A stretch of 59,826 nt of DNA, the filler included, from Bipalium vagum (taxonomy: Eukaryota): the NCBI GenBank assembly GCA_037834085.1. It is 3 parts of 3 records of this genome, joined end to end, with 100 filler letters (N's around TTAATTAATTAA, not from the genome) between each part and the next. Parts side by side here need not be neighbours in the genome. Positions count along the whole stretch, not along the records: positions 19,086 to 41,070 come from JBBMKC010228314.1; 2 more parts are not named here. One strand, given 5' to 3'. The position numbers and the translations under genes were made by a program. Below the pieces are notes generated by a model. That model was not told the origin of the DNA, ran no database searches, and saw only the letters and a list, made by a program, of their open reading frames with translations. Positions 22,764-37,384 of this stretch are shown piece by piece (the first letter of the stretch is position 1; each line of letters opens with the position of its first letter).

Positions 22764-24968
22764 TAAGCAGGCGACATAAAGTTTCAAGAACACTTAAAAC
22801 AATCAATTAAAAAAAAGAAAACAAAAACATTTTTACCACAAGTAAGGTGACAGAATCTTTCAAAAAATAAAAATAAACTTATACAAAACAATAATAAATT
22901 ATATGTAAATATTATATAAATAAATATATAATAAAAATAACGAAATAAAATTTTTAAATAATAAAATTAATGATATATCTGCGTAGAAGAAAGTTTATGA
23001 CACTGAGATTAAGTCATTAACAAATTACGCTAGTTAAATGAAATTAAGTAACAATAAGATGGCCCCAGCGCGAGAGGGTAAATAGTAAAAATTATGATAA
23101 ATAAAGATAACTTTCTAGTTTATCATAACTAAAAAGTGACCTTGAAAAATTATCGAGTTATCAAAGATAGAATAATATTTTTAAAACAAATACAAAACGT
23201 ATGTGAATTATTTTATTTAATGATCCTAATTAATTCAATTACAAAGAATGTGAGTATCAATTCCAGCTTCTGCTTCTTCTTTTCCGAAAATTATGATCTC
23301 ATGAACTAGTCATCCGAATAGTTATTTTTAATGTAGGGCATCTGCTTTTTTCCCAGAATAAACTGAATTATTTTATAAAGAAACTCAATTATCATTTTGA
23401 TCACAAATAAATAATTTGAATTGTCATTTTATCAAAAATTTTGTAGTGTTATAAACAAATATAATTTATAAAAAGAATCTTCTTTATTACTTATTTTCAT
23501 TGTGATTTGTACACTACCTTCACATCATTTAGAGTCGGATTTATAAATAAAAGCAACCTTTCTTTATTTTCATCTTTTAAAATTTTAAAATAGAAATGCA
23601 TACTATTGTGCAAAAACCCTAAATTATAATTATTGGGTCATTTCAAAAGTAATGATACGATTTTATACATTAAAATTGTTGAAGATATTGATCTAATATT
23701 TAATGATTAAATATTACATCAATATCTTCAAAAATTTATAATTTTTGGAAAAAAGATGGATATATTTTGAATGAAATTTTCAGAATTTATATATTATGTA
23801 ATATTTTTGTCAAATCTGCACTTTACCATCTTCTAAATTTTAGAGTTGACTGTATTTCTTTTAGAAAAATAAACAATTTATCATTAAAGCACAAGAGTGA
23901 AGCAATAAATATGGTGAGAAACATAAGGTTAGTGAAGTTGCGAAATTTTTGAAATGCGGCAAAATCAAATATATGACAGCATTAAACAGAAGGATGCAAC
24001 AATTAATGGTATTTAGAAGAATTTAAATGTCAAAGAAAAAATACGAAAAGTATTTCATGAAGAATTAAATGAAGTTGATTTTGTCATGCGAAAAATATTA
24101 ATAAATGATCTTATAAGAGAAAGCTTTACAATTTGTTGGAGCAATGAAGAAAAGCAATTTCAGTGCATCCAATAGCTGAAAGGAAAGTTTTAAAAATAGC
24201 AAACAAATTTCGTTGAAAATGCTATTCGAAGTCTTGATTTAGAAATCAATGTGATAAAAAATGAAAATCTACGTTACCTGTTAAATAAAACTAAGCAAGA
24301 AAAACAAACTTTTGTGGTCCCTTCCAATTCCAAATTTGACAGGTCTTCAATATATAAAAAGCTGAGTTAAAAATATAGAAAATAAAAAACTATAAAATCA
24401 CAGAACTCTAAACGAATTGCTTTAAATGACCCAAGGGCATCACAGCAAACATAAATACCCTTCCCTGTGATCAGTTTGCATATCTTTTTTCAGTTTATAA
24501 TTGGTTTCTTATTTCCCATTTGTTCTTAAATTTAGTTTAGATTCAAAATTAATTCTTTAATATTTGTTAATAAAAACACAAGATTATGTGCTTTATTAGT
24601 ATTTAAATTTAACATTTCTTTTTCTTATTTGAAAAGTTGTAAGTTAAAAAGTCAAATTTCAATTAATTTCATTGTAAAATTTTTCAGGAAACAATTGCAC
24701 AATAGAAATCAAAGTTATTAATACTTCCAAATGATGTAAAAGGTGATTACATTTTTTAAACGATCCTATCATAATTCAAAATAGGTGCTTTTATTCTATG
24801 AATTCCTCTTGAGAATAAAGTTTTTTTGTAACAAAAAACTGGACCGAATCTCCAATTGTTTTAAACATATCCAAAAGTAATTACAACGCGAAACTCATAC
24901 AACAAAACAAGTATGAATATATTTTAAAAATGCAAATTCAAAATATTAAAAACACATCCACGATTCTT

Positions 24969-27900
24969 TCATAATTCCTCGAGTCCAAGAATTTTGGTTC
25001 TGATATTCATGGCATCATGTAGCATATGGTCTCGAAGTTTGAACAGGCTGTCCACAATTGCATCTTGAGTCAATTTCTTCTTGTCCTTGCCACCATCGAC
25101 CAACAATTTTGGGTCCAAAAATTGGGGAGCGACCTCCTGACACAATTTATTAATGTAGGCTTGCTTGTTGCCACCCTGAGCACTCAGTATGGCCTCTTTG
25201 GAAAACTCAAGCTGTTGCTTCCAATCGCTTATGTACGCAGAGTTCTTGCGCAATTTATCGATATATCTAAAAAAATGAAAAAGCGAAGTGGATTTGCCTG
25301 ATACAAAATAGGAAAGAAAGCATTCTCCCGTCTTTACTTTTGATATATTTCTGAATGGAAAACGCGAGCACTGCGCGGTGGTACTGAAACGAAGTTTGCG
25401 GGCACTTGACTAACTTCTGGAACGGGTTGAGGAGCTATTAAAAATCACAGATTATCACACAATGATGAAAATAGACCAGTAATACTTTGAGTAAAATTAT
25501 AATGTGCCGATTGGACATTGATGCTTGTTGGATTGATGGAATTAGGATTGAAATTTGGAGGAAAGGCTTGGTTCTGAGCCATCTGGTGCATCTGAGGCAG
25601 CCCGGACATGTTTGGTTGCATTTGAACTTGAGAGGAATTTGCTAATTGTGGAGACGGGAAAGGAGTAACTTTGTTTTGAGACATGAGATATTGAGTATTT
25701 TGAAACTGGGCTTGATTATTAATTATTTGTTGACCATTTTGATTTTGAGATATTTGATATATCACCTAAAATTAAAAAAATTTTCAAAATGAATATAATC
25801 AATTTCAATCAATCAAGAATAATAATAACACTAGTCAATAATTACTTGTTGTGTAGGTTGATTAGGTTGCTGCTGAATCATTTGCAGTTGTTGATCGGAA
25901 CCGGAACTGGTCGTGAATTGAATGGCATTTGCACTACCACCAGCCTGTTGGACATTCGGAGAGGAAATGAATTGGAGAACCTGACCGTTTGATGCCTGGA
26001 AGTAATGGATGGGAGCGCTTTGATTTTGATTGGCCACGCTCGGAACCAGTGATTGTCCAGTTTGAGGGATTTGGATAAAACTCCTTTGATTTTGAGGAGA
26101 ACCACTGACATATATCTGTTGTTGCTGGCTAACGTTTTGTTGTTGCTGTTGCTGCTGTTGCGTTAAATTATTTTTGTTTTCCATGTTCATATCCTTTTTC
26201 ATGTCGTTTTCCTTTTGCATTGCATATTTAATCTCCAGTGCTTTTCGTTCGTAAACATCTTTGTCTACTTGAGGCATATTTCGCCACTAAAACAGAAAAT
26301 CGATGATTTTAGACCTGTTAACAAAACTCCTACCATTTCTCCAACCTCTTTACTCAAATCGCCAAAAGTCGTGTCCGGTCGTTCTAGCATCAATTTCTTT
26401 CTGACTTCTCCAGCATACACCACGTAACCCGAAGGTGGCTTTCTCAATTTAATCTATCATAATTTTAAATCGTTAAACGTCATCTTACACTAATTATTCT
26501 TCAGAAATTAATCGATACTTTTTTGTATTTATCTTTTTATGTTTTGATTCAATCAATATAAAAGAAATAAACGTTGTTTTTCAATTTCATTATTATATAA
26601 AAGAGATTCCTAAATAGACTTTTATAAAAACCAATCGAAAAAGACATGAAAATGACAGTAGTTTTATAAAATATTTGTTATATAAAGAACTTTACACTTT
26701 CTCTGAAATGATTTTTTTTTCGAATTATTAACAATTATCGATAATATTTTAAAGAAAATTGATATATAGATATGCACATTATTCTCATACTTCGAATAAA
26801 AATTAGTACTGATTAACGATTAAATTGATCAATATATAAATACAAACTTAAGTAATGTCGATTTTATAAAAACTATAAATCTCCGATTATAGTGCTTAAA
26901 ATTTTCAATTTGGTAAATAAATTCCAGATTTTTCCTGCCTGTTCACTGGAAAAAACAGAAAAAGATTCCAAAAAAATCAATAGAAGCAGAATTCAATTAA
27001 CTTTGAAAGAGCAAAAATTAAAAAGATTGAATGGCCACATTTCGCTTAAAAACTAAATTCTTAGTATTGCAAAACTTTAAAAGTGATAATAAAATTGAGG
27101 AAGTTTATTTTGACTATTACTTCATGGTTAAATTACATTAATTTTTTAAAGAAATGATAAAAAATACATTACTTTCAGTTAATTTAGTACAATAATGCAA
27201 ATGTTATATAAATGACAGATCTATTTCTAAAATAATGTATCGCTGGAAATTTTGAAAAATAAACAAATTGACTCAACCAACCTTTTTCCCAGACCTTCTT
27301 CCACTTCTGCGATTTCCTGAAGAAGAGACGGATACGTTACACTGTGTATCATCGCTCATTACAGACGGAGTTGGATTGGTTGCTGTCGCTAAAGGAAGCT
27401 GAGACAAGCAGTTCATTCGAGTAATATACTCCTGTCGAATGAGTTCAGTTGAACATTTATTCAACAAAGGTGACGCCTCCTAATCACAAAATTTTAACAA
27501 TAAAACCAAAACTCAAACAATTTCATTTATTACTCTAATGGGAACCAGCTCTCTCTTGAAAAAGTAGATTTCATCATCCAAGGCTTTCGTTGAAAGTTGA
27601 GCTTTCTGTGATGAAAATTTTTTTTCGAAATCAAACTTTTAAAACAGACACGGTGATTATTAAGTGTACCTTAAGACCTTTTTTTAATTTCCTGGCAACT
27701 TTGTCTTCTGCGAAATATTTGAATTCACAAATGTACATATTTTCCTCGAGATATTCAGTAGGTCGATCTGAAAATAAGATTTTTAAAAATCATAAAATCG
27801 ACGAAAATTTTCCATACATTTGCAATAATCAGAGAAAGATAAAATCACGCATTTTCCTATTATTGACGTTAACAAATGTTTTGCTCCGTCGAGAGAACTG

Positions 27901-30900
27901 AGAAACACTTCTTTGCGATAAAATACCTTGGTTGGCATGTGTTCCACATTCATGGCGTGGATAAACCAAGGACCCGAAAAATACACGATATTTTGTCTAA
28001 GGTGAAAGAAAAAAAATTAATTTCCTTCAAAAACATCTTAAAAATCTCTATTCCTGTAGTAAAATAAATAAAACAAAACATTATTACAAGAAAATTATGA
28101 CAATTAAAGGTGTGTTAATTGTGCTCTGAAAGTTTAAGAAATTTTAAGACTTCATAAATATTAACATTATAACAACCAATCAATATGATATATTGACATT
28201 GATTACTTTTATTGTGAAGGAACATTGTTATAGATAATTAAATGCAAAAACTGATCAGGAGCCGATCTCATTCGCACTTCGTAAAACTGAGCCATTATTC
28301 CATTCCATATTTCATACTTCTATTTGACTGAGTTCGAAACAAAATTGAGAGAACTCACAATCAATTCATTAAAACAAGGTCTGACGATACCGAAATAGAT
28401 CAATGAAAACAGAATATATTTTCACGAAATACATTCAAGCATCGATTATCTAACCATTATATCCGTAGAAAAATTTCCCAAGGAATGGTATGTATCACAA
28501 ATTAGGTAATCGATAAAAAACTTGAATTTTCAATATCATTGTAATGTTTACATTTTAAAATGCAAGAGATAAAAAATTATTCTCACATCATATTTTTCCA
28601 CAATTGATCGATCCGAACGATTTGGACGTTGTTTGTCGAATCTTTGACATAGACGTAATCACCTGATAATCAGCGGTTTTAAGCATTGGCAGAAAGTACA
28701 ATCCAATCGACTCACCAACTTTAACATTGAAACCATTGTCACAAACATATTGATCATAATATACACAGCAGTCGATTCCCGTTCGATCTTCTTGCAAAAC
28801 ATTCTAAGTTCCAGAATCAATTATTGAAATATTATTTTGAAATGAAAAATGTATTCACTTCTTTTGAGTTTTCTAAAGTGAAAAGAAAATCTGTTTTCTC
28901 AATTCTGACAATATTTGGTGGACAATTGAGAAAAGATCGATTAAGAACCAAAGGTTCCTCTCGTGAAGCAAAGCGATCTTTAATGTTGGTTTTGTATTGT
29001 AAATTCTAAAAATCTTAATCAAGGCCGCCTACCGAGCTGTAAAAATTTCTTACTTTTAGCTTTTTGAACTGATAGTCATTGGTAGAATATTTCGATTCGC
29101 AAACGTAAATGTCGGAGTCTTTAAATTTCTATGCGAAAATAAAGAAAAAGTCAACTGTAAATATAACCGTAATTCATTTTAGAATGTTTTTTTGCAGAAA
29201 TTTATTTGACAGAAATTATTTAATTTTAATAAATCGAACAAAAATTGTGAATATCTATTTTAAATAAGATCTGCATAAATTTTGAAAGATTTTGTGACAT
29301 TTATAATATTAATCAATTTAAATTTAATACGAAAACTGGTTAAAGAGATATTAAAAAAAACTAAAATATAATTTGAAAGTCGATTAAACAATAAAATACC
29401 TAATTATTAAAAAAACATTTAAATCTTTATAATTAAAAAAATAATGGTACAAACTGTTGAAAATTAAAATTGAATTTAATCAATGAATCATAATTTTTAA
29501 AAAATAATTTTTCTACTGTTCATTATTTGTGAAAAATACTACTACTACTAATAATAATATGTTGAAATATTTATAGATTTTCGGAAAAATGTATCCAAAA
29601 TCAGTGATAAATTATTCAAACGATAAAAACCAATACATGTTCCTAATTAACATACCTTAATTTTTAAAATAAATAAAAGAATTCATCGCAAATCTTCTTG
29701 AAAATGACGAAAACTAACACGAAATTATTTTTAATGCAGCATCCATCAATCGTTTCGAAATAAAAACATTGACTCACCTTACAGAAATACTTCATGTAAT
29801 CTTTGACGTACATTACCAAACACTTTCCAACAATCTTATTCAGTGAAATTGTTTCGTAAACTGTACTTTGGAAAACTTCGTTTTCTAAGAATCGACGAGG
29901 TGCTCTGGGCTTTGTTTCCCTTGGATAGAAATACCGCTTCAGTCTGATAAGACAACCATCAGAGTGCAGATCATCATTCTGGATACCGTCAGAATTTGGT
30001 ACTATAATTGCGGTGATCTCTCCAACGTTATAGATAGGCATATCATTGCACTGAATTCTCACAAATTCGCCGATTTCGAAACTGTTATCTTGACGATTTA
30101 CAGAGTCGAGCATTCGATAATTATTATCCTTTTTCATCTAAATTTTGTGGTAAATATAATTTATCAAGGAATGGTGAGGCTTCTAAAATAAATTAAAGTC
30201 AGTCAATAAACAATCAATAGTCTTTCAAAATGAAGCTACATTAGAAACATTTATTTTTTAAAGAACTACACAAAATTCACCAATTAATCCATTCCTGAAT
30301 CACTAAACATTAAAAATATCGTTTGCTTCAGAGAATTAATCAATAATATCAAATATTTTAAATATTAAATTGAAAATGTTAATTGCAATTAAATCAAATG
30401 CTGCAGAATATTTATTCCTATAGAATTTTCTTTACAGTCAGAAATATGAAAATGTAAATGATTGAAAAATAATACAAAATATAAATATGAAAGTGAAAGT
30501 CAGAATTCGAAATTAAGTCTTAATATTTGATAATTAATCCATAAACTAAAATATTATAATTACACACTTGATCTAAGAAATTACAATCTTGGTCATCTTC
30601 ACTGGCACCCTCTTGTTGTTTTCTTTCTTTGTTTTCCATCTCTATATCTTGGTGGAGATATCGTTCAATATAGTTCAATGCCGGTGTTAATAAGATTTCG
30701 CCTCTTTTGCAGTGCACATCCCGAAGTGTTATGAAGATCTTCTGCATTTCACATGCATCTTCATAAACCTAGGAATAAAATGAAAGCTATTATCTATGCA
30801 ATGCGATTAATTTACCTGAGAACTGAGTGGAGAAACGTTACGAGCATATTTCAAAAATGAAAACACGTCTTCCTGGAGACGATCCATTCTTTTGTATCTT

Positions 30901-33900
30901 CGCTTGTGAAGATCACTTTTAATTTTTTCTAGATTCAATCGACATGTTTCTGTTTGCAAATCGACATTAGTAAAAGCATTTTCACCAATGGATTTTCGCG
31001 TGACTAACTCTCCTTCTAGTTCACTTAAAGATTCAACAAGAAATCGACCGTCTTCGTCGACATAATTGTAAAATTGAGAAAACAAAGTCAACATGATTTC
31101 GTGTGTAACATCTTGCACGTTTGGTGGATCAGATAAGTCGTCATCTTTCGAGAGATATGTATTCTTCTCCAACGCTACTCGTAACAGAACCAATGCATCC
31201 TGGTGAAAGGAAACCCGAAATCAACATGGCTTTACAAATAGATAAAATACTCGATAAATCTGAGAATCTGGCTCATTAAATGTACATGCATTTGTAAACA
31301 TAAGAACAAGTTCTGACATGATATCTTCAACAGTATGGTATCGATCATTATTAATTCGATATTGGATTGTTTGTAATTCAATGGGTTTGCGAATGAACTC
31401 GTAATATTCTGGCATGTCTTGTTTAGAAGGTAACTTGATAAATGGTTCAGCTAAAGATCGACCATTGATATCGTGATAATCCTTGACCGTTTGAAAGATT
31501 TCTCTTATTCTAAATTGTTGAGTGTTCTGATTGACTGGAATTGTAAACACCGGCGACATCGAACCAGCAGGGATGCTTGTGCTCGTCTCACTCATTTAAT
31601 AAAAAAATATTTCAAATAATCTATATAAATAAATCAATACTTTTTACGAGATCCCCTGGAACTGCTTGAGTTCGCAGCTGCAATGTTTTTAGTTTTCTTT
31701 TTCATTATTTTTTCCAGAGTAACAGCATCTTTAAATACTTGTGACGATTGTTCATTGTAATGCTTAGCATTACTGAACATCAATTTCAGATCTTCTACCA
31801 AGTCAGTATGGGAATCGTACTATAAAAAATGATAAAAAATGACTTATTCTTAAAAGATTTACTTTTTTTTCGTCAATTTTTTTCCGAATCATACCCAAGT
31901 CGATTGGATCTGGAATGACTTTATAATAGTCTGGATATTGCTCTCGAGAAGGAAGAGTCATAAAAATATCTCGTAAATATCGATTGTCCTCTTGGTAGCT
32001 ATAAATTGCTTGAAATAAGTTATTGATCCGTTTAAATTTCAATTCATCAGCAGTCATTGGAGGTCGAGTCTTTCGAGGAGTTGAAGTAGTTGTGGAATTG
32101 TTGATTTTATTAAAAGAATTTTGACGTTTATTGCTTGAATTTTCATTTGAATACTGTAATAATAAAAATAAATAATTAGAGAAATCTCATTAAAATGATC
32201 CAGTGAAATATTTTGCACAACGTTGAAACATTGACAGATGCTTTATTACATATAATCAGTATTAATTGACAACGATAATCGACAACGATAATCGACAACG
32301 TTACAAAATAGGACTTTTTACCTTGAATATCTCTGGAAGAATTGCGGGTAAAGATTGTGGTATAAGTGGCAATAGTTCATCCATGTAATCATCCTAATTT
32401 ATTCTAGAGTCATTCATGAAATATACTAAACACAACCCTAAGCCATTTCCTCTATCTATGAATTCCATATGTTGTAAGACGATCTTTCTTATTAAACTAT
32501 TATTATTATACTTTAAAAATCCAATGAATCAAAATATCGATCGCGAAGCACTATTACTTCTGAATTTTAAATTATATTTTGGCTTATTAAAATATTTATT
32601 CATTGTAAAAGTTTGTTGACAAAAATTGATGTATATTATCCACAGAATGTAATTTTCGTAATCAATATCAAAATTTAAAACTAATTGAACCAAATAACTC
32701 TACTTTGTAAAACAGTTTTCGCAAATCGGACAAAACTTTATCAAAGCACGGCTTATTCAGGCTCAAGGTTGACACCGTATACGACACCTTTTACTGTACT
32801 TCTAATTAATCTTTCTGTGTTTTAATATCAAATAATAATTCAAATAACAAATAAGGTTAAATCATTGCTCAATATTGCTCTTCTATCTTTTCAAAGACAT
32901 GCTGCGATTCGTGTTTCAAAAGATAATACTGACAATAAACAATCTTGTCTATAAATAATTTCACCGCCTCCATCACCACTTTATCGTTTCTATAACCAAA
33001 TTAAGATCTAATTTTTAAAATTTATTTAGTATAAAGCACTTACACCTCAATGTTAAACAATAACAGTAATTCTTATTCACCAATAGTCCCAATGTTCGGA
33101 TTAATTATCCACCCATTACTGTTGAAATTCCACAAAATGTTAAGAACTTAGGTAAATGGTAATGTTAATTACCTGTGTATGTTTAAGTGAGTACGTAATT
33201 TATCATACATCTTAATATCAAAAAATACTCACCACAACATTACCAGCAGTAGTATATCATTTCTATCTTAGATCAAAGGCAGTGAAAATATAATTCTTAT
33301 TGCTTTTGTTTGACAAGTGTCAAAAAATAATTGATTTATTGAAATAAGGAAATTAAAGAATTTTTATTGTTTACTATCTTAAAAATTATATTTTATCTAG
33401 AAGAATTGATAACTGAAGTGAAGATTAAATAAATCAAAAAATAATATTATTAATTTTCAATAATTATTTTTATGGTTCTCCTTATATATCAGACTTGCAA
33501 ATTTTTTATTTGGCGCTTTAATTTTACAGAAAGTTGGAAATATAAATAAATAGCTCTGTAATCCAGAACAGGAAGTAAAATCAATTTAACAACCAAGTCA
33601 CTTGAGTGTAAAAAGTAATTTTTATGATAATTTCATTTTTTGGAGTTAATATTCTTCTTTAATTTATACTAAACCAAACTTATGCCATTATAAATATTGA
33701 AATAAAGTGAGTACAGAATTATCCCGAAACATAAAACCATTACCTGAGAGGACGAATTTATAAGTTCTTCTTTTTTCATATGAGCTAAATTTTGTAAACG
33801 AACTGATTCTTTATAAATTGCACTGTCCTCGACATTGAACTGCTGAGCGTTATTAAATACAAGGTCCATATCATTCAAAGTTTGATCGAGGTCTTGATAC

Positions 33901-35970
33901 ATATTTTTCTTAAAACTCAATCAATAATTCATGCATCATTGAAATAAGAACTAAACAACTTTTATCTTCGCTTTCACCATCAAAAGAGACACTGGTTCCA
34001 TAATTTCAAGATAATAATCCGGATATATTCTGTATAAGATATTAACAAAACATTGAATTGTTGAAGAATTACTTCTTGGATGGTAGTTTCATGAATGGAG
34101 CCGCGAGATTGTTTCCATTACTCAAAGTGATACTTGTAATTGCCTTGAATAGTTGCCATTGATGATATCGATTATCAGTAATCGGAATATTTAAGTCTTC
34201 ATCAATTTCTACTGTGGTTTCAAGATTATCTTCAGGTTCCTCACTATCAAATTCATCACTTTCTTTGGGTGACTCTAGTTTAGCATATTTATCTGTTAAA
34301 TTTAAAGGTATTTTGCGTCTGCGTCCCCTATGTAAAAATACTAAAAATAGATTTTCATGAACAGTGATAATACCGTTTGGGTTTTTGAATTTTTATTCCA
34401 GTTTCCATTTCCGATCTCTTCATTTTAATAATTTTTTCCAATTCAACGGCGTCCTTTATAAAAAAATTACTTAAAAATCTCGTTTACATTAAAATATTCT
34501 ACTTGAAAAGCATCGGACTTTTGCTTGTTGAATACTTTGGCATTTTTTATCATCAACTGGAAATCTCGCTCTATATCATCGATACTCAAGTACACACCAG
34601 ATTTTATCCTTTTTGCTATAATCCTCAAATCAATAGGTTCTTTTATGACATCGAAATATTGTGGATAATCCTACAAACCATAAAAGGTAAAAAAGTTAGA
34701 TTTGTTCAGAATTAAGTCTTAAAATTACTATTAATAGTTTTTATAATCCAAAACCTTTCAAAAAACGAAATTTTATTAATGCTCTCATCCAACCAACTAG
34801 AGTAAATAATAAATGTATAAATGCAATTAGTAATTATTCAATAATTTTTTTAAAAATATGATTTTTAATATATTGATTTTTATTATTATTAATATTATAA
34901 TTACTAGATGAAAGTTTATTTTTTCATTAATCATTCATTGGTTACCAAAACTGACCAATCATTAGATCAAATAATAACCTATTCATTAATATTTGGAAAT
35001 AACACATTTCCAAAAATTTTAATTTAATTAATAACAAACATCCTTAAATTATAAAAATATATTATCTTTTAAAATCAAATTATTTTAATTGTTAAACTAC
35101 TTAATAATTATAATAGCTTTTCAATTAAAATAATTTCCTAATTAGATTAATAAAATGTCTTACACTTTTGGATGGCAAAAAAGTGAATGTAGGAGCCAAA
35201 TCTTTCCCGTCCTCAGCTCGTTGGGAAACTATTGCTGTAAAATATGCTTCCAATGGATTTTCCGAAAAATTACTGCTTATTTCCGACGTATTTCGCGAAT
35301 CATCAGAAGTTGATAATGAGATTTGATCACTCATACCGTCATCTACTGAGATTGCTATCCTCTTTCTTCCACGTCTAAATCGATTGTCTATGTCTAATAA
35401 TTATTCATTAAATTTCTTTAATTATTCAATGATACTGCTTTCGGCTTTAACATCTGCCTTAATGGCAATATTTCTCTTTTCTTGTTCAAATGAATTCCAC
35501 AACAGCATAGCATCTTGATATTCAAGTGATGATGAAGAATGGTATGTTTTCGCATTTTCAACCAACTGTTCGATATCAATTTGAAAATCAAAGAATGTTT
35601 CATATTCATCATTCTTAATACGTGATTGAATTTTAATTATATCAATCGGTGTGTCGATAACATCGTAATAGTCAGATGCTGTTCTTTTATTAGGTAATCT
35701 AATAAATGCATCTGCAATAAGATGACCATCTTCAGCCTTTGCATTTCTTAACTTGTCTAAAATCTCTTGACAATGTATTATCTAGACAAAATAACGGTAA
35801 TTATTTCTCAATTTTTGGTTTAATACTTCTAATCTAGAATCAATTGTCTTGCGTCTTTTACGAGTCGAGATAGTGCTGGCTGCAGATTGTATAGAATCTT
35901 CATTGTAATCAGTTATTGAAACGCTTTCATCACTGATACTCGAACTTCGCCGACTTCTTTTTAATGGCAT
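24969..35970 (-). CDS. PBRM1: Polybromo-1 (BAF180, PBAF subunit): 6 bromodomains, 2 BAH domains, HMG box; ~27 coding exons
   Basis: ATG at 35970, stop at 24969. Bromodomains include AFIRLPNKRTASDYYDVIDTPID, DYPQYFDVIKEPID, LPSREQYPDYYKVIPDPID, LPSKQDMPEYYEFIRKPIE..NACTFNEPDSQIY and IKSDLHKRRYKRMDRLQED. BAH: YFYPRET..RRFLENEVFQS and FSGPWFIH..KVFYRKEVFLSS. HMG: RKPPSGYVVYAGEVR..FGDLSKEVG. Conserved C-terminus LFKLRDHMLHDAMNI. The junctions I traced are GT-AG and in frame. Confidence 0.97.
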
Positions 35971-37384
35971 TTATATATCTATAAAAAAATATTTTTGAAA
36001 TTTTCATACCACATATTTAAAATTATTAATAAATCGCCATTTGTTTAATTTTAATTTTCTAAATTATCAAAAATAAATTAATATATCTAAACAAAACATA
36101 AAATCAAATATTTCAAATGAAAATATTCTTTTATTTAGATGCATAATAATGAATCACAATCTAATTTTGAAAATATGGTAGTAGAAAAGAGTAGTAGAGT
36201 TTTAAATTCTATATTCCTATGTCATTCATAAAATTTTTTTTAAGATCTGAATTTTAAAATTCTGATATGTAAGCTATTTTATTTTTATAAATACAAACTC
36301 AAATTAACCAAAAAATAGTTATGAAGAATGAGGTTATTAATTTTTTAATTGATTTTAATAAAAATAATTAATAATTATTTCATTTTTTTAATCTGAATAG
36401 ATTTAAGTGAAAGTTATGAAAATCTTTTGGATTATTAAAAAATTAACAACTTATAAAATAAATTGTTTCATATTATATTAAATATTAAGATTAATTTAAT
36501 AGTTTGAAAGAGATAATAAGTGAAAAACTAATTATTAGTTTAATGAAAATCTTAGAGACACTTTACAATCATTCAAATATACCAGTAATTCTTTGGTGTC
36601 GTCTCAGGCTAAGGTCTTAGGTGAATTTAAAGTTTTAGTTGACCTGAAAAAAAGATGCTCGTCATCTTTTAATTTTCAGACAACATCCACGTAAATAAAA
36701 AACATGCTGTTAACCAATTCTCTCCAATCCATAAAAAGTGTATGAAATTTTGCTTATTGGCATGATGTTTGTTTGAAATTCAATCTTGGCGATTCCCCAT
36801 TCTCTGATTCTAATTACTGAGTCATTATGGTTTATAGAAACTCTTAAAGTTTGAATATTATTAATATGTAGAATCAAATATTTCAGAATGGCTAGAGAAT
36901 TGATAAATCGATCTGAAACCAAATATTTCTAAATATATTTAAATTCTGATTTTTATTTCTCTATTAACTCATGAAATTTTATCTTTAACTAAATGAAGTT
37001 TCATTTTAATTTATATAAATAATGTTAAATATAATAAAATTAAAGATTTCATTTCTTTTATCCATTTCTTAAACTTTATACTACTATGAAATCTTTCGTA
37101 ACACTTAACTCTTAATTTTACTGATCAATCACAATAAAAGTTTATTTCATCTGCAGAAATATAGAAAAATGAATGTCCAATATATCCGCGCACAACAAAT
37201 AGATCTCAATTCTCAAAATGCTACTAATAATGAGCGCGACAAAAATATGCTTTTATGAATGAAGAAAAATGCATTTATAGAGTTAAAAATCTTAAAATAT
37301 GCATTTATAAAATTAGAAGCCAAAACAACGCCCTATATTATTATTAAGAATTTACGACAAACTGCTTTCGTCAGTTTCTTCTTG

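Noticed and set aside
23250-24500. Decayed coding-like sequence, possibly Mutator-like (LPC motif near 24460)
   Set aside because: Too degenerate to assign a family by eye.
32268-32300. 13-bp tandem repeat (gacaacgataatc) x2.5 in a PBRM1 intron
   Set aside because: Ordinary slippage duplication; no spacers, so not CRISPR-like.
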